Shown: one piece after another, positions 11,986 to 25,582 of the stretch
How the letters are laid out: every line of letters begins with the position of its first letter
Numbering within the stretch: position 1 is the first letter of the stretch
Assembly (NCBI RefSeq): GCF_004010195.1
Contig: NC_057714.1
Span: 35,097,994 to 35,161,993, forward strand
DNA: 64,000 nt
Source of the DNA: Chiloscyllium plagiosum
Lineage: Eukaryota
Direction of reading: 5' to 3'
Translations under genes and position numbers: made by a program
The notes under the pieces: model-generated
What the model was told of the DNA's origin: nothing
The model's database searches: none
The model's input: the letters and a program-made list of their open reading frames with translations, nothing else

Positions 11986-12214
11986 TTTGATTATGTGTAA
12001 CTAGGCATAGTGGTGAGGTAACCCCAGTGAAGGATAAATAAGAAGTGTAATGTGTAGGAAGGATTAGTATTTTGAGAGGATTGGTGTATCCGTTGAGTGT
12101 GCAGGTTGTATGTGATGTTAAGGCTTGCAGTCCATCAGCCTTGATAAGATGTATTTGTCGCAGAAAAGTCATGTTGAGTGATAAGTCTGTGAGCATCAGG
12201 AAGCAGGCACTATA

Positions 12215-12420
12215 TGATGCTACTTAGGCTTGCAGCACTGTTGTTTGTACCATTTCAGAGATGCCACCGCCATGACTTATGCTGGACCAGTCAGGTGTAA
12301 TGCTTATATATGCAGTCGGCTGGGAAATGGATAGATCCTCCTATATACGCATGTCTAAAGTACCTGCAGTCCACTTTAGGTAAGCCTTGATGCCAATGTG
12401 GTCTCCTTCGGACTCAATTT
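12215..12420 (-). pseudogene. Harbinger Myb/SANT-like DNA-binding ORF relic
   Basis: Minus strand ASRLT*SGLQVL*TCVYRRIYPFP...QQCCK resembles APRF....L.VLL..V..RR..LFP...QCRKK. Confidence 0.55.
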
Positions 12421-12444
12421 TTGATTGATAAGTGGTACCACAGG

Positions 12445-12610
12445 CTGATTGACAAATATTTGTCAAGCAAAGTATAATGCGAGCAAATGTGAATTTGTCC
12501 ATTTTCGCAGGAAGAATAGAAAAGAATCATATTGTCAAAATGGTGCAAAACTATGGAGCTTTAAGATACAGAGGGAACTGTGTGTACTAGTATATGAATC
12601 AAAAATGATT
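12445..12610 (+). mobile_element. CR1 RT fragment
   Basis: YNASKCEFVHFRRKN...QRELCVLV. Confidence 0.8.
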
Positions 12611-13434
12611 AAAAATGTTCCTTATATAATTTTTTTATTGACACAAATTTGAAAGGTCGTGGATAAATTGATTTTTCTCTTAGTTTCAATGAAAGGACAA
12701 TGAAACCTTTTAAAAAAAAATGCATTTTTTGAAAGTAATATATCGCCTGATAAGTATTTATTTACTGTAAACCCCCAATCTGTGTTTGCAACTATCAGAT
12801 TGTAGTTTCTGCTTCAGAGATTGTTTGGAATTTTCAATTGCTGGTGAAGCTGGGTGTGGAAAGAGCTCCGTCATTTAGCTCTTCTGATTCTGGAAGAATA
12901 AACCCTCTTGCTATGGATACAATCTGTTATGTGGTCCCACATGAGACCTAACTGTTAGCCTGAAGAGCATCTAGCATAATCGTCGGTGTTGTATTTCTGG
13001 AACAAGCTGCGTCTATCAAGATCCCAGGGACAGCTGTCTATTTTGCTGACATCATCTACACATACTCAAACATACAATGAGGAGCCATATGAACATTCCA
13101 GATGATATATTTTGCTCCCACTAACTCAGGCTTAATGCCAAAACATTTCTTTTCGCTAAAGTGAATATGTACTCAAAGTAATCCATTTTGGTTCCCTCTA
13201 CCTTGTGTAGTTTTGATTGTACATTTTACATTATTCAGAGGGCCATTCATTTTTATTTGTATTTTACAACCTTAGTGTCTTAATCAGTTCTGCATCATTG
13301 TTGAATAACTTTTATTTAAAATAGATTAATAATTTTGGGTTTATCAAAGAAATTGTCAGACGGACCTTTTTTTAAGGTCAATACAATACAGTCAATTGGC
13401 TGTATTGAGAACAGGTTAAAAATATGGAATGTAA

Positions 13435-13790
13435 AGCATTTACTGCTGCCTCACAGTGCTGGATACTTGGGTTCGATTCCAGCCTTGGGTAACTGTCTGT
13501 GTGGAGTTTGCACATTCTCCCCGTGTCTACGTGGGTTTCCTGCAGGTGCTCCAGTTTCCTCCCACAATCCAAACGATGTGCAGATTAGGTGAATTGCCCA
13601 TGCTAAATCACCCATACTGTTCAGGGATGTGTGGGTTAGGTGCATTAGTCAGAGGTAAATGTAGAGTAATAGAGTAATGTAAAGGAATGGCTGTGGGTGG
13701 GTTACTCTTCAGTGGGTTGGTGTGGACTTGTTGAGCCAAATAGTTTATTTCTACAGTGTAGGGATTCTATTCTATTCTATTCTATTCTAA
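13435..13790 (+). mobile_element. HE1/V-SINE
   Basis: B box GGTTCGATTCC, V-domain and (ATTCT)n tail. Confidence 0.92.
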
Positions 13791-13799
13791 AAGTATGAC

Positions 13800-14335
13800 A
13801 CAGTATTAGGCATTTGAGCACATTATGTTTGTGCTGACCATAATGCCATTCTAAACGATTCCATCAGTCTGCATTTAGTCCATATACCTCAATACCCTGT
13901 TTGTTCACCTGTCTTTCTAAATGCCTCTTAAATTTTCCGAATGTATCTATTTCTACAACTTTCCCTGACAGCACCTTCCAGGCATGTATCACCTTTTGTT
14001 TAAAAACTTTCCTCAGACATCTCCTTTAAACTTTCCCCTGTACCTTAAACATATGTCTGCTAGTATTTGCCATTTCCACCCTGGAAAAAGATTCTGGCTA
14101 TCCAGCCCATCTAAACCTAATAACTTTTATCAGGTTCTCCCTCAGCGTCTAATGCTGGTGAAAAAAATTCCAAGTTTGTCAAACCTCACCTTATAGTTAA
14201 TATATTTCAATCCAGGCAACAATCTGGTAAACCTCTTTTGCTCCCTCTCCAAATCTTCCACATCCTTACTCTTGTGTAGTGGCCAGAATTGCACACAATA
14301 CTCCAAATGTGGCCTAACAGAAGTTTCAAAACAAT
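13800..14335 (-). mobile_element. CR1 LINE 3' end
   Basis: VRPHLEYCVQFW...LEREQKRFTRLLPGL. Confidence 0.9.
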
Positions 14336-14404
14336 TCAATTAATATTGTGAACCATAGAGTAATGCGACGAGAAAAACTCAGTGAAGTCCTCCCTTTTTG
14401 GTCA

Positions 14405-14680
14405 TTACTGTTAGTATGTCAGTACAGCAAATAATTAGGAAAGCTAATAGAATATTATTGTTTATTCCAAGTGGAATTGAGTGTTTCTGTCCAGAGGTAT
14501 TGCTTCAGTTATATAAGATTGTGGTGCAAGCATACCTGGAGTATCGTGTACAGTATTGGTCTCCTTATTTAAGGAAGGATGTAAAATCTTTGAATGCAGT
14601 TCAGAAGAAGTTTACTGGACCAATACCTGGAATGAGAAGGTTGTTTTATGTGAACTAACTAAACTTGTAACCACAGGAGC
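14405..14680 (+). mobile_element. CR1 LINE fragment
   Basis: IRKANRIL...LLQLYK...LEYRVQYWSPYLRKD. Confidence 0.88.
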
Positions 14681-15775
14681 CATAAAGTCATAGAGCCCCA
14701 CAGCATGTAAACAGACTCTTTGGTCCAACTCATGCCAACCAGATATCCTAAATTAACCTAGTCCCATTTGTCAGCATTTGGTCTATATACCTCTAAAACT
14801 TTCCTATTCATATACCCATCCAGCTGCCTTTTAAATGTTGTAATTGTACTAGCCTCCACCACTTCTTCTAACACCTCATTACATACATGTACCACCCTCT
14901 GCATGAAATAGTTGCCCCTTATTTACCTTTTAAATTTTTCCCTTTTCAATCTAAACCTATGCCCTCTAGTTTTGGACTATCTCCCCCTGGGGAAAAGACC
15001 TTGTCTATTCACCCTATTATGCCCCTCAGGATTTTATAAACTTCTATGAGGTCACCCTTCAGCCTCCCACACTCCAGGGAAAACAGCCCCAGCCTGTTCA
15101 GCCTCTCCCTACAGCTCAAACCCTCCAATTCTGGCAACATCCTTGTAAATCTTTTCTGAACCCTTTCAAGTTTCACAACATCCTTCCAGTAGTATGTTGA
15201 CCAGAATTACATGCAATATTCTAAAAGTGGCCAAACCAATGTCCTGTACAGCTGCAACATGACCTTCAAACACCTATACTCAAAGCACTGACCAACAAAG
15301 GCAAGCATACCAAGTGCCTTCTTCACTATTCTGTTTACCTGCGAGTCCACCTTTGAGGAACTATGAACCTGAACTCCAAGGTCTTTTTGTTCAGCAACAC
15401 TCCCCAGGACCTTACCATTAAGTGTATAAGTACTGATCAGATTTCTGAAATGCAGCACCTCAGGTTTATCTAAATTAAACTCTATCTGCCACTCCTCAGC
15501 TCATTGGTTCATCTGATCAAGGTCATATTGTACTCTGAGGTAACCTTCTTCGCTGTCCACTGCTGTTATCTGCAACTTGCTAACTATACATCCTGTGTTC
15601 ACATCCAAATCATTTATATAAATGATGAAAACAGTGGACACAACACCGACCCTTGTGGCACACCACTGGTCACAGGCCTCCGGTCTGAAAAGCAACCCTC
15701 CACCACTGTCCTCTGTCTTCTACTTTTGAGCCAGTTCTGTATCCAAATGGCTAGTTCTCCCTGTATTCCATATGT
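14681..15775 (-). mobile_element. CR1/HER1-like LINE 3' portion
   Basis: IYINDLD, QKDLGVQVH and LQLYRTLVWPLLEYC motifs plus 3' UTR. Confidence 0.92.
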
Positions 15776-16212
15776 TTAAAGGCAACTTCATTAAATGATA
15801 TTCAGTCATTAAATTTCATGAAAACTAAATAAGGAATCAAAGTACATTCATGGAGAATGGGATACAAGAAACAGATTTGAGACAAGGACACCAATTTATG
15901 CAGCATGAAAAGAGAATGTTGATTGATCGGTCATTGTTGTGATGGAAAAACAGCAGGAAGTATTAATTGTCAATTTTAGTTCTCCAGGCAGGTAGCCTCT
16001 GATTTGTCAAGGTATTGCAAGACTGTAGCAGACGCTGCCGGTCTCCCTCACCCTTTTGTATTCTCACAGCAAAGATGCAATGTTGATCCTATGGCCTTTT
16101 GCCTATATATGTACACATATTAAAGAACAGGATGCTGTTATTTAAGAAAATAAGAACATATATATTTAAACACATATGTAACAAAGATAGACTGGGGAAC
16201 AATTACACTGAA

Positions 16213-16324
16213 CTTGGAACTTTAATCCTGTCTTTCTCTTCACAGACACTGATAGACCTGTTGAGTATTTGCAGCATTTTCTGTGTTTGTTTCAGATTTC
16301 CAGCATCTGCACTATTTTGATTTT
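16213..16324 (+). mobile_element. Old Penelope-like pseudo-LTR end
   Basis: GACCTGTTGAGTATTTGCAGCATTTTCTG..TTCCAGCATCTGCA. Confidence 0.65.
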
Positions 16325-16582
16325 ATATAACATACAGGACCTGTATGACCTACTGTTGCTCCTCATGTATGTTTGAATGTATGAAAAATATACTTTTTCC
16401 TCATGTTTGACACAAAATGCTAAGCAATCCTTCAGTAATGTCAAGTCACCAGTAACATTAAGTTCTATAGAAGGGATTTCTAATTGTCAAAGAATTTTGT
16501 CAGAAAGTAGGTGTCTGCATATTCCTGTAGTGTTAATGGAAGTATGTTTATACCAATGAGTTCATGACAGTTAGCATAAACA

Positions 16583-16815
16583 TGTGGGTTTCCTACGCAT
16601 ACTCTAATTGCCTCCCACAGATCAAAAATATGCAGGTTAGATGAATTGGCCATGCTAAATTGCCCACAATATTCAGGGATGTGTGAGTTAGATGCATTAG
16701 TCAGGAGTAAATATAGGGTAGGGGAATGAGTCTGGGTGTGTTACACCTCAGAGGATCGGTGTGGGCTGAAGGGCCTGTTTCCAAACTGTAGTGATGTTAT
16801 GACTCTATGATTCTA
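16583..16815 (+). mobile_element. HE1/V-SINE, 5' truncated
   Basis: 3' half of the V-domain and tail. Confidence 0.85.
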
Positions 16816-17069
16816 AGTGCAAAGAAAAGACCAGAACAGAGGGGGTTATAGGAATGTCCGAGTTGGATTAATTCTTGTTCAGTTGAAATTTCTACCTGAT
16901 TGTCATTGTTTTTTTTTCAAAGCAGATTGAACTCCAACATTTGTACATTATGACTAATGTGATAGCCATTCAGAATTTTGTTAGGCTCTTTGATGTCATA
17001 TTTGGTCAATGTGATTGATCCTAAGGGTAGTCATTCTGACCTCCCCTCTGAGTTCTGCTCCTGTGTCCA

Positions 17070-17950
17070 TGTTTGAATGCAATAAGGATAGAAGCTTGGG
17101 TTCTCAGCTCCCTTCTTTACAGCACAAAACATAGCAAACTAATGGAAGCCAAGATAAGTGGCTGGACAGTTTCCATCTCTGTTGCCTCAGATGAATTTTG
17201 GGCATTTTCTGGAAAGAGAAAATTCCAAAGATGGAGGCATAGGTCATTCTGCTATAACGCGCATTCGTTAATGTGAATTCGCTATAATACATTTGATGTA
17301 TTAGGGACACTGCTTCTAAAGTGCGAAGTTTTAAAGAGTGTATTGGTTATAATGTGATTACAGCCCCATTAGTCTAAATGGTGCTGCTATTACACAATGT
17401 TCTTATAACATGGGATTGCACAAGAATGGAGCTACCGCCTTATAGCAGAACTGACTGTACATCAGCATTGTCGAGATCTTCGCAAGTTTGTCTTTTTTGA
17501 GTCAGTGGCAACTCCATTTGCTGGGTCATGTGATCCAAATGGATGATGGCCGCATCCTCAAAGGCAAGCTCTCTGGTGAGCTTGCTACCTACTTATGACC
17601 AACAGGACACCCATGTCTGTGTACAAGCATGTCTGCAAGTACGAGCCCAAGTTGTTGGCAATTGGAGCTGATGCATGAAGGTTTTCTCATTGACTGGGGT
17701 ATCCAGAGTAATGAGGCATCAGGAGGAAGTGTTTGGAAAAAGCAGAGGGCAAAATGAATAACCAGATGCTGAAAAGGTTTCCCACCAGAAGAAAGTAAAA
17801 AAACCCATATCGGGACAACACTATTCCTCTAGCCCTGCTGTGGAAAACATGGCCAATCACATGCAGGCCTTGAAAGCAATAGCAGTGTTCAATGCAGAAG
17901 TGACAATCACAGTGGGCGGAATCCATTGTCTCCTGAAGCAGAGAATGTCA
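17070..17950 (+). mobile_element. RTE/BovB-like LINE 3' portion
   Basis: VLSSLLY.., FHLCCLR.ILGI.W.. and LGHVIQMDDGRILKGKLSGELA motifs. Confidence 0.8.
17240..17457. mobile_element. Tigger/Tc1-mariner-type MITE nested in the RTE
   Basis: Imperfect TIRs (TAGGTCATTCTGCTATAACGC ... GCCTTATAGCAGAACTGACTG) followed by TA. Confidence 0.75.
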
Positions 17951-18749
17951 TCATATTATAAACATGAAAATTTGTATGAAGTAACACAACAGAAAAGTTC
18001 AACCTGTTGTGTTTTTTAAAATAAACTAGCGCGTCCTTATTCATTAAGCAGTTTTGTTAATTGGTTATTATTTTTTCCACTCCATTATCTTCCCTCTGTG
18101 TCTTTCAATATTTATCAATATTGCTGGGTAGATTACCATAATATCACTAGATGCTAGTTTTCAGATTCAACACTGAATAGCTTATGTACACAGTTGGGAA
18201 TTGCATGATAATTACAAATAAAATTTGTGAACATTTAACTGATACATTGAGGATGAACTACGAAAGAAATATTAAATATTTTATCAGCTCCACAAACGAT
18301 CAGGGAAGTGAGAATGAAGTTGTATTAAAGAAGGACATGCTTGACAGTTAGAAAGTACAGTCGACAAGGAATTGGATCTGAAAAACAATAGAGTCCAAGA
18401 TAGATGAATCAAAAGACTGTAAGGCCCTGTACTCTGGACCCTTAAAATAAATCAGAGAAGACAAAAGAGTCTCCTGTCACAATCCTCAATCTTCTTTTAA
18501 TAAGTAAATCTTGCCAATGGGATACAGAGTAGCTGAGTACTACCTTCTCTCAAAAAGGGAGAGAAAAATAAAATTTGTAGCCACAGACAATTTATTACAA
18601 CATTGCTTTTGGAATAAGGTTTAATATCCACTGTTCAAAAGAAAATTACTTCAAAAAAGTAGAGATGGGCAGCGACAAAAAAAGATTCGAATTGATGCAG
18701 CACTTTTTGCAAGCCCTGGAAATTGTAAATTGTTTTAAAGCCAGTTAAA

Positions 18750-19700
18750 TAGCTTTGAAGTGTTGTCACAAGTTGAATGTTGGAAGCACAGCAAATTTCC
18801 ACATTCAGCAAATCAGGCTATCCATCTCATCAAAGAAAAACTGCCCTCTGGTGTCAATATTAAATACCACGTAAAAGGAAAGCTCTGTTTTCTCAGTTGC
18901 CTTCATGTCGAAGTTGAACTAACCACGATACATATGCAGGATATGCACTTGTAAATAATTGCAGGATCATTGCACACCCTTCACCAGGTTTGCAAACTTT
19001 TCTCAATCTTGGCCTTTCATTAAATGTTCCCAAATCAAAGCTCATACATCAACCCACTCGTGGTCAGCCAAGTATTCCACCTGCTATACTTGGGCGGGAC
19101 ACTCTAAAAATGTCGAACCTTTAGCATACTTAGGTTGTCATCTCTCTCAGAAGGACACCATTGACAAGAGAATGTGCCAGATTAACCTTCGACAAATTAT
19201 GGGGTAATAACAAGTACCATCTCTAACACAACTTAGGGTGGCACAGTGGCTCAGTGGTTAGCATTGCTGCCTCACAGCACCAGGGACCGAGATTTGATTC
19301 CAGCCTCGGGCAACTTCTGTGTGGAGTTTGCACGTTCTCCCGTGTCTGCGTGGGTTTCTGCTGGATGCTCCAGTTTCCTCCCACAGTCCAAAGATGTGCA
19401 GGTTAGATGAAGTAGCTGTGCTAAATTGTCCATAGTTTTCAGGGATGTGTAGGTTAGGTGCATTAGTCAGGAGTAAAATATAGGATAATAGGGTAGGGGA
19501 ATGGGTCTGGGTGGGTTACTCTTTGGAGGGTTGGTGTGGACTTGCTGGGCCAAAGGGCCTGCTTCCACACTGTAGCAATTCTATGATTTGATTCTATGAT
19601 CTCCACAAGTCAACACTGTTATGCTGTACCAAGTCAGTGTTGTCTCCACATTAATTTATTACAATGAGACTTGCATATTATGACTTTATAAGTTGTGAAC
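18750..19700 (+). mobile_element. Old RTE LINE RT fragment, interrupted by HE1
   Basis: GVNIKYHVKGKL resembles GV.I.YR.DGKLFN; VEPLAYLGCHLSQ resembles V..F.YLGS.LS. Confidence 0.65.
19236..19600 (+). mobile_element. HE1/V-SINE, near full length
   Basis: tRNA-like head GGTGGCACAGTGGCTCAGTGGTTAGC, V-domain and CR1-type tail. Confidence 0.95.
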
Positions 19701-19769
19701 GAGTCACTCTGTCACTCCTATCAGAAAATGAAAATGTGTGGAGAAGAGAAATTCAGAAGTACAAAGTCT

Positions 19770-19965
19770 TGGCAAGCCAAAAGGATCATTGAGTCTATTT
19801 AAAATAGAGATAGATAGGTTCTTGATTGTCAAAGGGATCAAGGATAACTGGGAGAAAGCAAGAGAATGGAGTTTAGAAACTTATCAGCAATGATTAAATG
19901 GCAAAGCAGACTTTATAGGCTGAATGGCCTAATTTCTGCTCCTTTCCCTATGGTCTTATGATCTT
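19770..19965 (+). mobile_element. CR1 LINE 3' UTR
   Basis: GGCTGAATGGCCTAATTTCTGCTCC..ATGGTCTTATG tail. Confidence 0.8.
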
Positions 19966-20479
19966 GGCAAGAGCTGAGGACAGGGACGATTGAATTGTCT
20001 TCCCAGATTTTCCTCTACCCATAACACCAATTTTTTGTTATGCCATTCTGTATGTGTTTATAGAGAGGGATTTTAAGGGGATTAGAGTTTTAGCCAGCCA
20101 TGCATCAACAGTTCATAATAAATAGTCATTCTTATAAGTACAAAAAACCTGGTCCATTCTTTCACTTAACCTGGATCTGAAAAGAAGATACTTTTGGGGA
20201 AATGTGTTTGCTTTTGTCAAATATTTAACTTTTATGATGACTCTGGACACAGCAAAGCTTGATTTCCAGTGTGTTAGCCCAATGAACAGTGGCAATCTGT
20301 TGAGGAGATCTATAGCAGCTGCAGTGAAATAGTTCAAAAGTCTATTTTCAGCCTTTAATACTGCGTCACTCTGGGTTCTGCCAAATTGTGGAAACTGGGA
20401 GAATCTCCATGGAATTTCAGGGTCTCGATATGAGTATAAGCTATTAACTCTATTTATTAACACACATTATAGGTTTTTT

Positions 20480-20726
20480 GAAAAGATTTGTAGCTCAGGT
20501 TGATGATAAGTATGTAAGCTGAGCTTGAAGGTTTGTTTTCAGACATTTCGTCATCATACAAGGTAACATCATCAGTGAGAGTCTCCGGTGAAGTGCTGGT
20601 GGTATGTCCCGCCTCTCTATTTATAGGTCTTGGTTTCTTAAGGTGGGTGATGTCATTTCTGGTTCTTCTTTTCAAGGGAAGGTATATAGGATCTAAATGG
20701 ATGTGTTTATTAATGGAGTTCTGGTT
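20480..20726 (-). mobile_element. Penelope-like 3' end (second family) with hammerhead
   Basis: Minus strand gives NSINKHIHLDPIY (C-terminus after the GIY-YIG domain) followed by pseudo-LTR. Confidence 0.8.
20539..20578 (-). ncRNA. Minimal hammerhead motif, slightly decayed
   Basis: UCA CUGAUGA U GUUAC..UGAC GAAA UG UC^UGA; ACGU has become AUGU. Confidence 0.65.
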
Positions 20727-20769
20727 ATTATTATAGCCACATTATAGGAGGCTAGTATGCCAGTTTAGC

Positions 20770-21175
20770 CCACTTGATAGCACCTACCTCTATGTTTGAT
20801 GTTCATGGTTAGAGGTCCATTCAAGAACCAAATGAACAATCATTAATAAAAATATGTAAGTAATGCTGCATTGATAGGTATGCTCTTTCAGATGAATTGT
20901 TAAATAGATAGATGTTAACAACCTGTCAGCACTATTTGAAAATAAGCAAAGAATTTTCCCGTTTTCTTTGTTCACATTCTCCCTTCAATTAATGTCATCC
21001 AAGAATTAACTGATTACATACTAATTTGCTGGTTGTTTGACCTTGTTATTTTTCAAAACTGACTATGATGTTTGCTTACATAACAACAGTAATGCACATT
21101 TAAAAAATATTAAAGGTGCAAAACTTTTCCGTTGTCCCGAGGATACGACAAAACGTTATGCAACTTTCTGTTTTC
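20770..21175 (+). mobile_element. Old DeuSINE (SacSINE1-like)
   Basis: Decayed Deu domain TGCTGCATTG..CTTTCAGATGA..GCACTATTTGAA. Confidence 0.6.
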
Positions 21176-22429
21176 AGCTTCAAATCAATTATTGTCTTCT
21201 TGAAGATAGGGTGACACATCTCACTTTAGGCAATTTTTTTGTAGTTGGCTTTATTAACTTAACAATTACCTGAAAAGCTGCTTCCATTAAAGTAAGTGGT
21301 TTTCACAGGTTGAAGGTAAAGGGCTAAACATTACTTTAATCCACAATGGTAAGTTTCTCAGCATTACATTTGTGTTTGAGAAAAACAACAGCTGTGAATA
21401 AATGATCACTTTGTTTCATTTTTTTTGTACAAGAAAAAACAGAACACTAGAGACTGTTGAATGCTAAGGTTGTGCTGCAGGGAATGACAGTGACTTCTTA
21501 TTTCTTTATGAATTACACAATTAGCCTTTAAAATGCTATACTTTAGATATCTCATTATGATCTGTAGATTTAGGCAAAAATCAAAACATGATTAGGCGCG
21601 ATTCATTATCACATCAAAGAGCATTATTTTTGCAAATGAGATGCATTATTTTTCTCATGATAGGCTCTTTTTATTTTTAATTGGAATCTGTGCAAACTTT
21701 TACATAAACAACAGTGAGGACACTGAGAGGATGCAGCAGTAAAATCCTTCAACACTAAGCTCAGTCCCTGTACTATTTCTGCAGTAATACTATGAAGCCA
21801 TCTTAGATAACAAAAACACTAAAGAATTAAAAGAATGGGACATCAGTGAAATTAAATATTACAAAATTATTGTCAAAAATGTATGAAAATGTGGGAGCAT
21901 GTGTGATAGAAATTTCTTAAAGTAAGTGTAAACAGATCAAAACATGAATTCAATTTTCAAAGACTGGATCTTTGAACAGTTCATGTTTAGACAAGATGGC
22001 AAAATGTGAGATTGTACTGCAAATGCTGTTAAACTAAGGCAGATTAATCTCAGAAAATAAAATTGCATGGTTTCCTTGCAATATAAATTGGTCATAAGTA
22101 AGATAACAGTTGGTTTAATATTTTAGAATTGTATGTTGCAATGAATAGATTGTTACAAATTAAATTAGCTTGATAGGTTTCTCTTTTGCATAATTTCCAT
22201 AATTAAATGCTTTAAAATAAAATTTAACTTGTCATGGAAGTGGGGTGTGAAACTATTAAACATAAGGGTGTGATTAGCCTATTGGAGCTAAGATCTGTAC
22301 ATGCAAATGTTAATGTGCATGAATTTGGTGCATTAGTCCTCATACAGCACTTGGTAATTTTTGTCCATGCTTATTAAATTCCTCCAGGCAATAATTTGAT
22401 TCAATCCATGTGAATAATCAGACTTTGCA

Positions 22430-22870
22430 TTGAAAGGTGACTAAAAGGTCAGAGGTGGAACCATTTACAGATAATTGCACCATGTTTAGTATGATTCGTG
22501 ACTCCTCAGATACTATAGCACTCTTTATCCATATGCACAAGACCTGGACAGCAATCAAAATTAGGCTGATAAAGAGCAAATAGCATTTGCACCACAGACG
22601 TTTGAGGCAATAACCATCAATAACAAGAGAAAGTCTAACCATCCCACTTTGATATTCAATGGCATTAGCATGACTGAGTCCACCACTATCAACATCCTGA
22701 GATTTATCATTGAGCAGGAACTTATCTGAACTAGCCATATTATTGCTGTAATTGCAAATGCATATCAAAGATTGGAAATTCTGCAATGACTCACTTGCCT
22801 CCCGATACTCCTATACCCATCTATTATCTACAAGACACAATTCAGGAGCGTAATAGAATATTCATCCAAA
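22430..22870 (+). mobile_element. CR1-Zenon/L2-like LINE RT fragment
   Basis: FAPQ..EAITI.., TINIL.FI and IYKTQ.RSVIEYS motifs. Confidence 0.65.
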
Positions 22871-23049
22871 TATTAGAATTCAACACTGTAGTATAACACT
22901 CAGTGCCATCAGCCTATTTCACCATTCAACAAGATCGTGGCCTGGACTGATTATTTCACATGCCGGAATACTTGTGGTGACCTATGACCTCCTCACTTAC
23001 CAAGAATCTGTGTACTCTAGTCTATCTACTGCTGACCTTATGGTGGAGA

Positions 23050-23850
23050 AGAACTCATTGATGAAGTAATTGAAGATAGTTGGACTTAGGATACTCCTGC
23101 AGTGATTCCCTGAGACTGAGATGATTAACCTCCTGCAACACAAGCATCTTCGTCTGTGCAATGTATAACTCCAATTAGTGGAACGTTTCCCCCTTGATGC
23201 ACACTAATTCCAGTTTTATTAAGGATTTTTGACGCCACCATCAGCCAACTTTTATTTTGGTGTCAATAGCATTCAATCTAATTTCAGCATGTTTGGCCCA
23301 AGATCCTGGTGAGGCCAAAAACTAAATGCCCTTGGTGGAATCTAAACTGAATGTCAGTGAGCACATTATTGCTGAGCAAATTCTATTTGGCAGAACTGCC
23401 GATAACATCTCTCATCACTTTACTGATGAAACAAAGTAGACTGATAGAGCAATAATTGGCAAGATTGGATTTCACTGCTTTTGGAGGCCAGGACATAAAT
23501 GACTCATTTTCCATGTTATCGATCATGTTGCAGTTGCACTGGGAAGGTTTGGTGAGAAACATCGGCAGTTCCGGAACACAGGTCTTCAGGGTGCATAGAC
23601 CTTGCACACCTGGTGCCTTTGTCCATGTGGAGTGAATCAAATTGACTGAAGACCTGCATCAATAATTCTGAAGTTCTCAAAAGGAAGCTGAGACGAATCA
23701 TCAACCGGATCTCTATCTGAAGGTTGTTGCAAATGCTTCAGCCTTGTCTTTTGTACTAATGTACTAGGCTCCTGTGTCAGTGAGAGTGGGGATGTTTACG
23801 GAGCCTCCTGTTCCATTTGTTTAATTGTCCACCACCATTCATGACTAGAT
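23050..23850 (-). mobile_element. CR1-Zenon/L2-like LINE fragment
   Basis: LKTCVPEL...KSNLANYCSISLLCFISKVM. Confidence 0.7.
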
Positions 23851-23899
23851 ATTATTACATCATAGTGCTGTTAGAACAAGAATCATCAACACCTGATAA

Positions 23900-24480
23900 G
23901 AGTCATCGAGTCATACTGCACAGAAAGAAACCCTTCGGTCCAACTAGTCCATGCTGACCATAATCCCAGACTAAACTAATCCCACCTGCCTGTGTTTGGC
24001 CCATATCCCAATAAACATTTCTTATTCATGTAATTATCTAAATGTCTTTTAAACATTGTAACTGTATCTATATCCACCACTTGCTCTGGAAGTCCATTCC
24101 ACACACAAACCACTCACTGTGTAAAAAAAAATTGCCCTTTTGTCTTCTATAAATCTCTTTCCCTTCACCTTAAAAAATGCCCTTAATATGCCCCCACCGT
24201 AGGGAAAGTACACCTGTTATTCACATTATCTATATCCCTCATTACTGTATAAGTTCATCTTTCAGCCTCCTACACTCCAGTGAAACAAGTTCCAACCTAT
24301 CCAGCCTCTCCTTATAACAAACCCTCTACTCCCAGCAAAATCCTGGTAAATCTCTTCTGATCCTTCTCCAGCTTAATATTATCCTTCCTTCCTATAACAG
24401 GGTAACCAGAACTGGACACGGTACTCCAGAACGTTCTGTACGACCTCAAGATATCACACCAACTCCTGTACTCAGAAATC
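23900..24480 (-). mobile_element. CR1/HER1-like LINE 3' end
   Basis: Homologous to 14681-15280. Confidence 0.88.
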
Positions 24481-25582
24481 TGAGATTAAACAAGGTTAAA
24501 TAAATAAATAACTAGATAAATAAATAAAAAATAAATAAAAATGTGAAGCTTGCCATCTTACAAGTTCCAACTTAGTTAATGTTTTTGTAAATGCATTCAT
24601 GAAATTTTAATAAAATAAATTTTATAAAGACAAGCAAGTGATCTGGACAAGTGAGGTTTACTTACACAAAGGTTATTGTCATTAGACCCTAAGACAATTA
24701 TTGCTTGGTCAATAAGACACAAAATGACATCTCCTCACTAGAGAAAGGTTGAACAGACAGGGGATATTTAGTCACAGGTGACAGACCAGATCCATATTTG
24801 AGGAGAGGAAAAACCTCAATTTCCCTTGTAGGTGGAATCTGATCAAATATTTAAAACCTGACTAAACATCAGAAGTAGAGTTACAAATGAGAAGAACGAT
24901 CACTGTGGATGACATTTGCAAATCCTAACACTAGATTTTGTTGTATCTTTCACTTGCTGGGATTTGAGTAGTTAGTTAAAGCATCCACGTGCTGGGAATT
25001 AAGTAACAAAGCAGCTGTTGATGTTTTTATTATTATTTTCTTCTCTCAATCTTTTAAATCTGCAACATTTTTCTGTCACCATTTCTGTAATCATTTCAAA
25101 TCGGTGATTGTTTTACATCTATAATTATTATTACAAATGAACTGACATCATTAACCATAACAAGCTTTTAAGTCCGTTTGTTCATTTGTAGTTAGCGGGT
25201 CAGAATGAGCTTGAGTGGATGTTTTCAATCCTTATGGTTTTGTGTTGTTCATCAGATGTTCAACTTAAATAGCTTTGTTTAGAATGGCTTTGTTTCAAAT
25301 GCCTAACAATGTGAGAGCTGACCTCTCAGGAAGGGTCCCCAGATGGAACACTTCAAACAATCATACTTCAGAACGAGGAAGGACAATACAGCTCCTGTTT
25401 TTAGTTCAACCCTCCCTCACTTGATCACGAAAGGATTTTTTTAAAACAGTTTCCTTTCTCTTGTGAATACCTTTTCTCAGGCTCAATGTATTTATATTTT
25501 GAAAAGATCCAAATTTACCAGGCGATCTTGAGTTGATAAAGGTTAAGTTTATGAACATCTAAACATGATTATAAAATTTCAA

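Noticed and set aside
20113-20463. 116-aa minus-strand ORF
   Set aside because: No recognisable motif or splice support; its length is compatible with chance.
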